Positions 1-16,100 of a DNA stretch of 64,000 bases are shown here, in pieces. Each line of letters begins with the position of its first letter. Position 1 is the stretch's first letter. The translations under genes were made by a program, and so were the position numbers. The notes beneath the pieces were generated by a model. The model had not been told where the DNA came from, ran no database searches, and worked only from the letters and a program-made list of their open reading frames with translations. Origin of the DNA: the human T2T-CHM13v2.0 reference genome, Homo sapiens. The stretch covers positions 1,024,001 to 1,088,000 of the forward strand of contig CP068257.2 in NCBI GenBank assembly GCA_009914755.4. The letters are read 5' to 3'.

Positions 1-3000
1 ACAGATCTCTGCACTGATCACTCAGGTGATGTAACTATTGTCTAGGCTCTGCTGAATGGGGCCTTATCACATATCTCTGCACTGATCTCCCAGGTGATGT
101 AACTCTTGTCTAGGCTCTGCTTACATGGGGTATTGTGACATAGCTCTGCACTGATCACCTAAGTGATATAACACCTGTGTAGGCTCTGCCTACAGGGGCA
201 TTTTGATATATTTCTGCACTGTTAACCGAGGTGATGTAACTCTTGTCTAGGCTGTGCCCACAGGGGGATTGAGACATATCTCTGCACTGATCCCAAGGTG
301 ATCCAACTCTTGCCTGGTCTCTGCCTACTGGGGACATTGTGACTTATCTCTGCACTAATCTCCCAGGTGCTGTAACTTTAGTCTAGGCTCTGGATACACA
401 GCATCGTGACATATCACTGCACTGATCACCCAGGAGATATAACACTTATCTAGGCTCTGCCTACAGGGGGCTACTGACATATCTCTTCACTGATCACCCA
501 GGTGATATAACTCTTCTCTAGGATCTGCCTACATGGTTCTTTGTGACATATTCCTGCAATGATCACCCAGGTGATATACCACTTTTCAAGGCTCTGCCTA
601 CAGGGGCATTGTGACATAACTCTGCACTGATCACCCAGGTGATGGGACTTTGTCTAGGCTCTGCCAACAGTGGCATTGTGACATATCTCTGCACTGATCA
701 CCCAGGTGATGCAACTGTTGTAGAAGTTCTGCCTACAGGGGAATTGTGAGAGATCTCACCACTGATCACCCAAGTGATGTATCTATTGTCTAGGCTTTGC
801 CTACAGGAGGCTTTGTGACATACCTTCACACTGATCACCCAGGTGATGTAACGCATCTAAGTTCTGCCTACAGGAGCTTTGTGACTTATCTCTGCACTGA
901 TCACTTAGGTGATGTAACATTTTTATAAGCACTGCCTACAGGGAATTTTGACAAATCTCTGCACTGATCACCTAGGTGATGTAACTCTTGTCTACCCTCT
1001 GCTCAAAGGGGGCATTGTGAAATATCTCTGCACTGATCACCCACTGATTCAACTCTTGTCCAGGATCTGCCTACAGGGGGCATTGTGAAATATCTCTGCA
1101 CTGATCAACTAGGTGATGTAACTGTTTTCTAGGCTCTGCCTACAGGGACATTCTGACATATCTCTGCACTGATCACCCAGGTGATGCAACTTTTCTCTAT
1201 TCTCTGCCTACAGGGGGCATTGTGACATATCTCTGCACTGAACCCCGGGGTTATGTAACTCTTGTCTAGGCTCTGCCTATGGGGGCATTGTGACTTATCT
1301 CTGCACTGATCACCCAGGAGTTGTGACTCTTGTCTAAGCTCTGCCTAGAGGGACATTGGGACATATCTCTGCACTGATGTCTGAGGTGATGTAAAACTTG
1401 TCTAGGCTTTGCCTACAGTGGGATTTATGACATATCACTGCACTGATCACCGAGATGATGTAACTCTTGTATAGGCTGCGCCGACAGGGAGCACTGAGAC
1501 ATATGCCTGCACTGATCACGAAGGTGATGCATCTCTTGTCTGGGATCTGCTTACAGGGGCACTGTGACATATCTCTGCCCTGATCACCCAGGTGATGTAA
1601 CTCTTGTTTAATCTCTGCCTACTGGAGACATTGTGACATATCTCCGCACTAATCACCCAGGTGATGTCACTTTTATCAAGGATATGGCTACAGGGACACT
1701 GTGACATGTCACTGCACTGATCACACAGCTGATGTAACTCTTGCCTAGGCTCTGGATACAGGGGGCTTGTGACACATGTCTGTACTGATCAACCAAGTGA
1801 TGAAACTCTTCTCTAGGCTCTGCCTACGGGGGCTTTGTGACACATCTCTGCACTGATCACTCTGGGGAAGAAACTCTTGTCTACACTCTGCTTAGAGGAG
1901 GCTTTATGACTTATAACTGCACTGATAACCTAGGTGATGTAACACTTGTCTAGGCTCTGCCTACACGGGAATTCACACATATCTCTGCACTGATAACCCA
2001 GGTGATGTAACTCTGGTCTAGGTTCTGCTTACAGGGGTTATTGTGACATATCTATGCACTGATCACCTAAGTGGTGTAACACTTGTGTAGGCTCTGCCTA
2101 CAGGGGCATTTTGACATATCCCTGCACTGTTAACCGAGGTGATGTAACTCTTGTCTAGGTTGTGCCCACAGGGGGATTGAGACATATCTCTGCACTGATC
2201 CCGAGGTGATCCAACTTTTGCCTGGTCTCTGCCTACTGGGGACATTGTGACATATCTCTGCACTGATCTCCCAGGTGAGGTATGTTTAGTCTAGACTCCG
2301 GCTACACGGCATTGTGACATATCACTGCACTGATCACCCAGGTCATATAACTCTTGTATAGGCTCTGAAGACAGGGGGCTTGTGACATATCTATCTCTGC
2401 ACTGATCACCCAGGTGATATGAGTCTTCTCAAGGATCTGCATACAGGGTTCTTTGTGACATATCCCTGCAATGATCACCCAGGTGATATAACAAACTTCA
2501 AGGCTCTGCCTACAGGGGCATTGCGACGTATCTCTACACTGATCACGTAGGTCATGAAACTCTTGTCTAGGTTCTGCCTACAGTGGCATTGTGACATATC
2601 TCTGCACTGATCACCCAGGTGATGTAACTCTTTTCTACGATCTGCCTACAGGTTGCTTTGTGACATATCGCTGTAATGATCACCAAGGTTATGTACCACT
2701 TGTCAAGGCTCTGCCTACAGGGACATTGCCATGTATCTCTGCACTGATCACCTAGGTCATGAAACTCTTGTCTAGGCTCTGCCTACAGTGGCATTGTGAC
2801 ATATCTCTGCACTGATCATCCTAGTGATGTAAATCTTGTCTAGGATCTGCCTAAAGGGTGCTTTGTGACATAATTCTACACTGATCATCCAGGTGATGGT
2901 ACCTTTGTCTAGGCTCTGCCTAAGGGGGCATTGTGACATATTTCTGCACTGATCACCCAGGTGACGGACTCTTGTCTTGGATCTGCCTATGGGGTCATTG

Positions 3001-6000
3001 TGACATATCTCTGCACTGATCTCCCAGGTGATGTAACTGTTGTAGAAGTTCTTCCTACAGGTGAATTGTGAGAGATCTCGCCACTGATCACCCAAGAGAT
3101 GTAACTACTGTCTAGGCTTTGCCTGCAGGGGTCTTTGTGACATACCTTTGCACTGATCAGCCAGGTGATGTAACTCATCTAAGTTCTGCCTACAGGAGCT
3201 TTGTGACATATCTCAGCACTGATCACATAGGTGATGTAACACTTTTATAAGCACTGTCTACAGGGAATTTTGACAAATCTCTGTACTGATCACCTAGGTG
3301 ATGTAACTCTTGTCTACCCTCTGCCCAAAGGGGGCATTGTGAAATATCTCTGCACTGATCAATCAGGTGATTCAACTCTTGTCTAGGTTCTGCCTACAGG
3401 GGGTATGTTGAAATATCTCTGCACTGGTCAACTAGGTGATGTAACTCTTGTCTAGGCTCTGCCTACAGGGGCGTTTTCACATATCCCTGAACTGAAGACA
3501 AAGGTGATGTAACTCTTGCCTAGGCTTTGCCTACAGGGGACATTGTGACATACCTCTGCACTGATCACCCAGGTGATGCATCTCTTCTCTGTGCTCTGCC
3601 TACAGGGGACATTGTGACATATCTCTTAACTGATCACCCAGGTGATGCAACTCTTCTCTATGCTCTGCATACAGAGGGCATTGTGACATATCTGTGCACT
3701 GATCACGTAGGTGATGTAACACTTTTCTAGTCTCTGCCTACAGAGGGCGTTGTGACATCACTCTGCACGGATCACCCGGGTTACGTAACTCTTGTCTAGG
3801 CTCTGCCTATGGGGGCATTGTGACTTATCTCTGCAGTGATCACCCAGGACATGTTACTCTTGTCTAAGCTCTGCCTAGAGGGACATTGGGACATGTCTCT
3901 GCACTGATCGCTGAGGTGATGTAAAACTTGTCTAGGCTTTGCCTAAAGTGGGATTTATGACATATCTCTGCACAGATCACCCAGGTGATGTAACTCTTTT
4001 CTGGGCTCTGCCTACAGGGGCATTTTCACATATCACTGGACTGATCACCGGGATGATGTAAATCTTGTATAGGCTTTGCTGACAGGGGGCATTGAGACAT
4101 ATCTCTGCACTGATCCCGAGGTGATCCAACTATTGCCTGGTCTCTCCCTACAGGGGACATTGTGACATATCTCTGCCCTGATCTCCCAGGTGATGTAACG
4201 CTTGTCTAAGCTCTGCCTACTGGAGACATTGTGACATATCTCCACAGTGATCACCCAGGTGATGTCACTTTTCTCAAGGATAAGGCTACAGGGACATTGT
4301 GACATGTCACTGCACTGATCACACAGCTGATGTAACTCTTGCCTAGGCTCTGGCTACAGGGTGCTTGTGACACATCTCTACACTGATCACCCAGGTGATG
4401 TAACCCTTGTCTAGGCTCTGCCAAAAGGGGCCATTGTGACATAACTCTGCACTGATCATCCAGGTGATGGGACCCTTGTCTAGGCTCTGCCTACAGAGGC
4501 ATTGTGGCTTATCTCTGCAGTGATCAGGCAGGTGATGTAACTCTTGTCTATATCTGCCTACTGGCGGCATTGTGGCATACTTCTGCACTGATCACCCAGG
4601 TGATGGACTCTTGTCTTCGATCTGCCTATGTGGGCATAGTGATATATCTCTGCACTGATCACTCAAGTGATGTAACGCTTGTCTAAACTGCGCCTAAAGG
4701 GGAATTGTGACAGATATCTCCACTGATCACCCAGGTGATGTAACTCTTGTCTAGGCTCTGCTTACAGGGGGTATTTTGATATATCTCTGCTTTGGTCCCC
4801 TAAGTGATGTAACAATTGTGTAGGCTCTGCCTACGGGGCATTTTGACTTATCTCTGCACTGTTAACCGAGGTGATGTAACTGTTGTCTAGGCTGTGCCCA
4901 CAGGGGTATTGGGACATATATCTGCACTGAATCCTAGGTAATCCAACTCTTGCCTGGTCTCTGCCTACTTGGGACATTGTGACATATCTCTGCACTGATC
5001 TCCCAGGTGCTGCAACTTTAGTCTAGGCTCTGGCTACACGGCATTGTGACATATCTCTGCACTTATCACCCAGGTGATATAACTCTTCTCTAGGCTCTGC
5101 CTACAGTGGCATTGTGACATATCTCTGCACTGATCACCCAGGTTTGTAACTCTTTTCTAGGATCTGACTACAGGGTGCTTTGTGACATATCCCTGCAATG
5201 ATCACCCAGGCAATGTACCACTTGTCAAGGCTCTGCCTACAGGGACATTGCGATGTATCACTGCACTGATCACCTAGGTCATGTAACTTTTGTCTAGGCT
5301 CTGCCTACAGTGGCATTGTGACATATCTCTGCACTGATCATCCCAGTGATGTAACTCTTGTCTAGGATCTGCCTAAAGGGACTTTGTGACATAACTCTAC
5401 ACTGATCATCAAGGTGATGGGGCTTTTGTCCAGGCTCTGCCTAAGGGGGCATTGTGACATATTTCTGCACTGATCACCCAGGAGATTTGACTCTTGTCTA
5501 AGCTCTGCCTAGAGGGACATTGGGACACATCTCTACACTGATCGCTGAGATGATGTAAAACTTTTCTAGGCTTTGCCTACAGTGGGATTTATGACATATG
5601 TCTGCACTCATTACCCAGGTGATGTAACTCTTGTCTAGGCTCTGCTTACAGGGGGTATTGTGAGATATCTCTGCACTGATCACCCAGATGATGTAACTCT
5701 TGTCTAGGCCCTGCCTACAGGAGCATTTTAACAAATCACTGCACTGATCACCGAGAAGATGTAACTCTTGTATAGGCTTCGCCGAAAGGTGGCATTGAGA
5801 CATATCTCTGCACTGATCACGAGGTGATGCAAGACTTGTCTGGATCTCGTTACACGGGACATTGTGACATGTCTCTGCCCTGATCACCCAGGTGATGTAA
5901 CTCTTGTCTAGGCTCGGCCTACAGGGGCTTTGTGACATATTTCTGCACTGATCACCCAGGTGATGTAACTCTTGTTTTGGCTCTGTCTACAGAGTCTTTG

Positions 6001-7425
6001 TGACATATCTCTGCACTGATCCCCCAGGTGATGTAACATTTATCTAGCCTCTGCCTACAGGGGCGTTTTGAGATAGCTCTGCACAGATCACCTAGGTTTT
6101 GTAACTCTTGTCCACTCTCTGCCTACAGGGGGCATTGTGAAATATTTCTGCACTGATCACCCAGGTGATGGGACTCTTCTCTATACTCTGCCTAGAGGGG
6201 GATTTCTGACATATCTCTGCTCTGATCTCCCAGGTGATGGAAGTCTTGTCTAGGCTCTGTATATGGGGGCATTATGTCAAATATCTGCACTGATCACCAG
6301 GTGATGTAACTCTTGTCTAGGCTCTGTCTACAGGGATTTTTGTGACATATCACTGCACTTTTCACCAAGGTGATGTAAGCCTTGTATGGGATTTGCGTAT
6401 AGAAAACTTTCTGACATATCTATGCACTGATCTCTGAGGTGATGCAACTCTTCTCTAGGCACGGCCTACAGGGGACGTTGGTGTATCTCTCTGCACTGAA
6501 CACCCAGGTGATGGGCTCTTGTCTTAGATCTGACTACATGGTCATTGTGACACACCTCTGAACTGATCAACCAAGTGATGAAACTCTTCTAGGCTCTGCC
6601 TACAGGAGCTTTGTGACACATCTCTGCACTGATCACACTGTTGAGGGAACTCTTGTCTACACTCTGCCTACAGGAGGCTTTATGACTTATACCTGCACTG
6701 ATAACCGAGGTGATGTAACACTTGTCTAGATTCTGCCTACATGGGAATTCTTACATATCTCCGCACTGATCACCCGGGTGATGGAACTCCTGTCTATGTT
6801 CAGCCTACAGGAGGGTTTTGACATATCTCTGCACTGATCACCCAGGTGATGTAACCCTTGTATAAGCTCTGCCTGCAGGCGCATTGTGACAGACCTCTCC
6901 ACTGCTCAACCAGGTGATATAACACGTTTCTGGGCTTTGCCTACAGGGGGCTTTGTGATATACATTTCCACTGATCAAACAGGTGATGTAAAGCTTGTCA
7001 AGGTTCTGCTTACAGGGGTTTTGTGACATATCTCTGCACTGATCACCACAGGGAGGAAACACTTCTCTACACTCTGCCTACAGGAGGCTTTACGACTTAC
7101 CCCTCCACTGATCACTAGGTGATGTAACACTTGTCTAGGCTCTGTCTTTACCGGAATTTTCACATATCTCTACACTGATCACCTAAGTGATGTAACCCTT
7201 GTCTAGGTTCAGCCTACTGGAGATTTCTGACATACCTATGCACTGATCACCGAGGTGATGTAAATCATTTCCATGCTTTTTGTACAGGGGACATTGTGAA
7301 ATATCTCTGCACTGATCACCCAAATGATGCAAATCTTCTCTAGACTCCACAGGGAGGGGGAATTGTGACATATTTCTGAAATGATCATCCAGGAGATGTA
7401 AGTATTCTCCAGGCTTTGACTAAAG
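1..7425. repeat. beta-satellite tandem array (68-bp Sau3A/GATC-family monomers), orientation A
   Basis: Seen directly: monomers such as ctctgcactgatcacccaggtgatgtaactcttgtctaggctctgcctacagggggcattgtgacatat repeat head-to-tail with a 68-bp period, each containing tgatca. The ORF track shows 3-fold repeated peptides (DQCRDMSQ..., TYLCTDHPGD...) of ~60-68 aa, which equals 3 monomers. Confidence 0.9.
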
Positions 7426-8082
7426 AGCGTCAGAAGGTGTTGGGAGAGTCTCAGCCAGAATCTCACAGACGGACAAGGGCAGAGAGAGGCCAGCAGGATC
7501 CCTTGCATGTCAGCCGCTAGAGGTCTGCGTTCTGCCGCCAGGCGCTCCATTGTGGCAGCTGGGAAGCTGCAGGGACACGGGCGGGCCGGCGATGGTGGCG
7601 CGGAGGCACAGAGGAGGCGAGCTGCCAGAGGGGTGTCAGGGCTGGATGCTGCGCGGGCCCGGTGTTTCGCGGGACGGGGGTCTCCACCCAGCCCAGGGGA
7701 GGACGCATTTACCGGAGATGGGGGTTGGGGGTGGGGACGGGGTGGTCAGGCGTGGGTGGGGTGGTAGAAAGGCATGAGAGCTTTGCCCGGTTTTCTCCCA
7801 CAGCCCAGGCGGCTGCCGGCAAACCCGTGTGTGCCCAGTAGGTGGCCCACCTGCTGGTATCTGGGCCGGCTCTGGGATCCCCGGGATGCCCAGGAAAGAA
7901 TGGCAGTTCTGCGCTGTGTGGAGTCTCTCACCGGGCCTAGACGTAGAAGGCAGGAATCCCATGCCTGTCAGCCCGGTGGACGGGGTGGGGGGAAGACATG
8001 CCCATCCATAGCCAGCCAAGTATTCCCCGCGAAAGAGAGGCCACCGCCCTCCCCCGACCCTACCCCGTCCCACCCTTGCGTC

Positions 8083-9490
<1,408 letters not shown>

Positions 9491-10145
9491 CCTGCAGGCA
9501 GGCAGGCTCCACCCCTTCATGAATGGCGGTGAGCCCTAGGACAGCCCGCCCCACCCCGGAAGTGTCCCAGGGCATCGAGGCCTGCGGTTGGGGGTTGGTG
9601 GGTTGGGGGGGGACGGCGTGGTGATGGTGGTTGTGTGGCCGGAGAGACGAAGAGGAAGGGGGCGAGGGGGAAGGGGTGAGGGGCGCGCGTTTCGGTGACT
9701 GGCTCTCCGGACCTCTCCAGGAATCCCGCGGGAACTGGAAGCCGCTCTCTGGGTTCCCACTCATCTTCAGCAGGGAGAAACCGGCCTGGGAGTGTGGAGG
9801 TGAGTGTGGAACTGAACCTCCATGTGAGTCTTGAGAGTTCCAGGACCTCTCTGCGTGAAGGAGGCAGTGCCTGTGAATGTCGCCACTGCTGGGACAGTCT
9901 CACACGCATAGGGGTGTGGCTCTCGTTCATTTCCACGTAGGAGACCAGAGCGAGACCCCAGAGAGAAGATGCCTCCCCGGCGTGATGGTCTGACAATGGA
10001 TTCCCGTGTGCGGCAACATGGGGAGTCTGCAGTGTGGCCGGTTTGGAAACTGGCAAGGAGAGCGAAGGCACCATGGGTGTCTTCACCCCTTTCCTGCATG
10101 TTTCCGGGTGCCCTCAGAGCTCCAGGAGCAAACAGCCAGCATGAC

Positions 10146-13100
10146 ACATCTCTGAACTGATCAACAAAGTGATGGAACACTTGTCTAGGCTCTGCCTACA
10201 GGGGCTTTGTGACATATCTCTGCACTGATCACCCAGGTGATGGGACTTTTGTCTAAGCTCTGCCTATGGGACATTGCGACATATCTCTACACTGATCACC
10301 CAGGTGATGTAACTCTTGTCTAGGCTCCACCTTCAGGGGTTTTGTGACGTATCTTTGCACTGATCACCCAGGTGACGTAACATTTATCTCAGCTCCGCCT
10401 ACAGGGGGTTTTGACATAGCTCTGCACAGATCACCTAGTTTATGTAACCCTTGTCCAGTCTCTTCCTACAGGGGGCATTGTGAAATATCTCTGCACTGAT
10501 CACCCAGGTGATGGGACTCTTCTATATACTCTGCCTAGAAGGGGATTTGTGACATATCTCTGCACTGGTTACCCAGGTGATGGAAGTCTTGTCTAGGCTC
10601 TGTCTTTGGGGGCATTGTGTCAAATTTCTGAACTGATCACCCAGGTGATGGAATCTTGTCTTTGATCTGACTACATGGAGATGGTGACACTTCTCTGAAC
10701 TGATCAACCAAGTGACGAAACTCTTGTCTAGGCTCTGCCTATAGGGGCTCTGTGACACATCTCTGCACTGATCACCCAGGTGATGCAACTCTTCTCTATG
10801 TTCTGCCTACAGGGGTCATTGTGATATATCCCTACACTGATTACCCAGGTGATGTAACTCTTTTCTAGGTTCTGCCTACAGAGGGCTTTGTGACAACCCT
10901 CTGCACGGATCACCTGGGTTATGTAACTCTTGTCTAGGCTCTTCCTATGGGGGCAGTGTGACTTATCTCTGCACTGATTACCCAGGAGATGTGACTCTTG
11001 TCTAAGCTCTGCCTAGAGGCACATTGGGACATATCTCTGCACTGATCGCTGAGGTGATGTAAAAATTGTCTAGGCTTTGCCTATAGTGGGATTTATGACA
11101 TATCTCTGCACTGATCACCCAGGTGATGTAACTCTTGTCAAGGCTCTGCTTACAGGGGATATTGTGAGATATCTCTGCAATGATCACCCAGGTGAAGTAA
11201 CTCTTGTCTAGGCTCTGCTTACAGGGGATATTGTGAGATGTCACAGCACTGGTCACCCAGGTGATGTAACTCTTGTCTAGGCTCTGCCTACAGGGGCGTT
11301 TTAACATATCACTGCACTGATCATGGAGATGATGTAACTCTTGTATAGGCTTTGCCGACTGGGGGCAATGAGACATATCTCGGCACTGATCACCGAGGTG
11401 ATGCAACTCTTGTCTGGGATCTGCTTACAGGGGGCATTGTGACATATATCTGCCCTGATCACCCAGGTGATGTAACCCTTCTCTATGCTCTTCCTACTAG
11501 AGACACTGTGACATATCTCCGCACTGATCACCCAGGTGATGTAACTTTTGTCAAGGATATGGCTACAGGGACATTGTGACATGTCACTGCACTGATCACA
11601 CAGCTGATGTAACTCTTCTCCAGGCTCTGGCTACAGGGGGCTTGTGACACACCTCTGCAATGATCACCCAGGTGATGTCACCCTTGTCTAGGCTCTGCCA
11701 AAAGGGGGCATTATGACATAATTCTGCACTGATCACCCAGGTGATGGGACTCGTCTCTAGGCTCTGCCTACAGGGGCATTGTGACATATCTCTGCAGTGA
11801 TCACGCAGGTGATGTAACTCTTGTCTATATCTGCCTACTGGCGGCATTGTGGCATATTTCTGCACTGATCAACCAGGTGATGGACTCTTGTCTTGGATGT
11901 GCTTATGGGGGCATAGTGACATATCTCTGCACTGATCACTCATGTGATGTAACGCTTGTCTAAGCTGTGCCTAAAGGGGAATTCTGACAGATATCTCCAC
12001 TGATGACCCAGGTGATGTATCAATTTTCTGGGATCTGTCTAGAGGGGACTTTGTGACATATCTTTGCACTGGTCACCCAGGAGATGTAACTCTTGTCTAG
12101 GCTCGGCCTACAGGGGCTTTGTGACATATTTCTGTACTGATCACCCAGGTGATGTAACACTTGTCTTGGCTCCACTTACTGGGGGTATTGTGATATAACC
12201 CTTCTCTAGGATCTGCCTGCAGAGTTCTTTGTGACATATCCCTGCAATGATCACCCAGGTGATATACCACTTGTCATGGCTCTGCCTACAGGGGCATTGC
12301 GATATATCTCTGCCCTGATCACCTAGGTCATGTAACTCTTGTCTACGCTCTGCCTACAGTGGCATTGTGACATATCTCTACACTGATCATCCAGGTGATG
12401 TAACTCTTCTCTAGGATCTGCCTACAGGGTGCTTTGTGACACATCCCTGCAATGATCACCCAGGGGATGTACCACTCGTCAAGGCTCTGCCTACAGCGAC
12501 ATTGGGATGTGTCTCTGCACTGATCACCTAGGTCATGTAAATCTTGTCTAGGCTCTTCCTACTGTGGCATTGTGACATATCTCTGCAATGATCATCCAAG
12601 TGATGTAACTGTTGTCTAGTTTCTGCCTAAAGGGTCTTTGTGACATATCTCTGCACTGATCGTCCAGGTGATGGGGCTTTTGTCTAGGCTCTGCCTAAGG
12701 GGGCATTATGACATATTTCTGCACTGATAACCAGGTGACGGACTCTTGTCTTGGATCTGCCGATGGGGGCATTGTGACATATCTCTGCACTGATCACCCA
12801 GGTAATGTAACTGTTGTAGAAGTTCTGCCTACAGTGGAATTGTGAGAGATCTCGCCACTGATCACCCAAGTGATGTAACTATTGTCTAGGCTTTGCCTAC
12901 AGGGGGCTTTGTGACATACTTTTGCACTGATCACCCAGGTGACGTAACTCATCTAAGTTCTGCCTACAGGAGCTTTGTGACATATCTCTGCACTGATCGC
13001 TTAGGTGATGTAACACTTTTATAAGCATTGCCAACAGGGAATTTTGACAAATGTCTGCACTGATCACCTAGGTGATGTAACTCTTGTCTACCCTCTGCCC

Positions 13101-16100
13101 AAAGGGAGCATTGTGAAATATCTCTGCACTGATCACCCAGGAGATTCAACCCTTGTCTAGGATCTGCCTACAGGGGGTATTGTGAAATATCTCTGCACTG
13201 ATCAACTAGGTGATGTAACTCTTGTCGACTCTCTGCTTACAGGGGCGTTTTCACATATCCCTGAACTGATGACAAAGGTGATGTAAGTTTTGCCTAGGCT
13301 TTGCCTACAGGGAACATAGTGACATATCTCTGCACTTATCACCCAGGTGATGCAACTCTTCTCTATGCTCTGCCTACAGGAGATATTGTGACATGTCTCT
13401 CCACTGATCACCCAGGTGATGCAACTCTTCTCTATACTCTGCCTACTGGAGACATTGTGACATATCTCTGCACTGATCACTCAGGTGATGTAACAATTTT
13501 CTAGTCTCTGCCTACAGAGGGCGTTGGGACATTATTCTGCACGGACCATCCGGATTATATAACTCTTGTTTAGGCTCTGCCAATGGGGGCATTGTGACTT
13601 ATCTCTGCCCTGATCACACAGGAGATGTGACTGTTTTCTAAGCTTTGCCTAGAGGAACATTGGGACATATCCCTGCACTGATCGCTGAGGTGATGTAAAA
13701 GTTGTCTAGGCTTTGCCTACAGTGGGATTTATGACATATCTCTGCACTGATCACCCAGGTGATGTAACTCTTGTATAGGCTCTGCTTACAGGGGGTATTG
13801 TGAGATATCTCTGCACTGATCACCCAGGTGATGTAACTCTTGTCTAGGCTCTGCCTACAGGGGCATTGTGACATATCTCTGCAGTGATCACGCCCGTGAT
13901 GTAACTCTTGTCTATATCTGCCTACTGGCGGCATTGTGGCATATTTCTGCACTGATCACCCAGGTGATGGACTCTTGTCTTGGATCTGACTATGGGGGTA
14001 TAGTGAAATATCTCTGCACTGATTACTCATGTGATGTAACGCTTGTCTAAGCTGCGCCTAAAGGGGTTAATTGTGACAGATATCGCCACTGATCACCCAG
14101 GTGATGTAAGAATTTTCTGGGATGTGTCTATATTGGGCTTTGTGACATATCTTTGCACTGATCACCCAGGAGATGTAACTCTTTTCTAGGCTCCGCCTAC
14201 AGGGGCTTTGTGACATATTTCTGCACTGATCACCCAGGTGATGTAGCTTGTTTAGGCTCTGCCTACAGGGGCTTTGTGACATATCACTGCACTGATCACC
14301 CAGGTGATATAACTCTTGTCTAGGCTCCACCTACAGGGCGTATTGTGATGTATCTCTGCGCTGATCACCCAGGTGATGTAACATTTATCTAGGCCCTGCC
14401 TACAGGGGCATTTTGACATAGCTCTGCACAGATCAACTAGGTTATGTAACTCTTGTCCACTCTCTGCCTACAGGGGGCATTGTGAATTATCTCTGCACTG
14501 ATCATCCAGGTGATGGGACTCTTCTCTATACTCTGCCTAGAGGGGGAGTTGTGACATATCTCTGCACTGATCACCCAGGAGATGGAAGTCTTGTCTAGGC
14601 TCTGTCTATTGGGTCATTGTATCAAATATCTACACTGATCACCCAGGTGATGTAACTCTTGTGTTGGATCTGCCTATGGGGGCATTGTGACATATTTCTG
14701 CACTGATCAGCCAGGTGATGGGGCCCTTGTCTAGGCTCTGTTTACGGGGGCTTTGTGACATATCTCTGCACTGATCACCCAGGTGATGTAACGATTGACT
14801 AGGCTCTACCTATGGTGCATAGTGACATATCATTGTATTGATCGCCGAGGTGATGTAACTCTTATCCAGGCTCTGCCTATATGGGGCCTTGTGACATATA
14901 TCTGCACTGATCTTCTAGGTGATGTAACTCTTGCTTATTCTCTGCCTGCAGGGGCATTGTGGAATATCTCTGCACTGATCACCCAGGTGATGGGACTCTT
15001 CTCTATACTCTGCCTAGAGGGGGATTTGTGACATATCTCTGTACTGATCAACCAGGTGATTGAAGTCTTGTCTAGGCTCTGTGTATGTGGGCATTGGGTC
15101 ATATATCTGCACTGATCACCCAGGTGATGTAACTCTTTTCTACGCTCTGTCTAGAGTGATTTTTGTGACATATCACTGCACTCATCACCTAGGTGATGTA
15201 AGCCTCGTATGGGCTTTGCCTACAGAAGGCTTTGTGACATATCTATGCACTGATCTCTGAGGTGATGCAACTCATGTCTAGGCACTGCCTACAGGGGACA
15301 TTGGTACATATCTCTGCACTGATCACCCAGGTGATGGACTCTTGTCTTAGATCTGCCTACAAGGACATGGTGACACGTCTGTGAACTGATCAACCAAGTG
15401 ATGAAACTCTTGTCTAGGCTCTGCCTACGGTGGCTTTGTGACACATCTCTGCACTGATCACCCTGGAGAGGAAACTCTTGTCTACACTCTGCCTACAGGA
15501 GGTTTTATGACTTATACCTGCACTGATAACCTAGGGGATGTAACACTTGTCTAGGCTCTGTCTACACGGGAATTCTCACATATCTCTGCACTGATCACCC
15601 AGGTGATGTAACTCTGGTCTAGGTTCTGCTTACAGGGGATATTGTCACATATCTCTGCACTGATCACCTTAGTGATGTAACTCTTGTGTAGGCTCTGCCT
15701 ACAGGGGAATTTTGACATATCCCTGCACTGTTTAACCGAGGTGATGTAACTCTTGTCTAGGCTGTGCCCACAGGGGCATTGAGACAAATCTCTGAATTGA
15801 TCCCTAGGTGATCCAACTCTTGCCTGGTCTCTGCCTACTGGGGACAATGTGACATATCTCTGCACTGATCTACCAGGTGCTGTAACTTTAGTATAGGCTA
15901 CAGCTACATAGCATTGAGTCATAACACTGCACTGATCACCCAGGTGATGTAACTCATGTCTAGGCTCTGCCTACAGGTGGCTTGTGACATATCTCTGCAC
16001 TAATCACCCAGGTGATATAACTCTTCTCTAGGATCTGCCTACAGGGTGCTTTGTGACATATCCCTGCAATGATCATTCAGGTGATATACCACTTCTCAAG

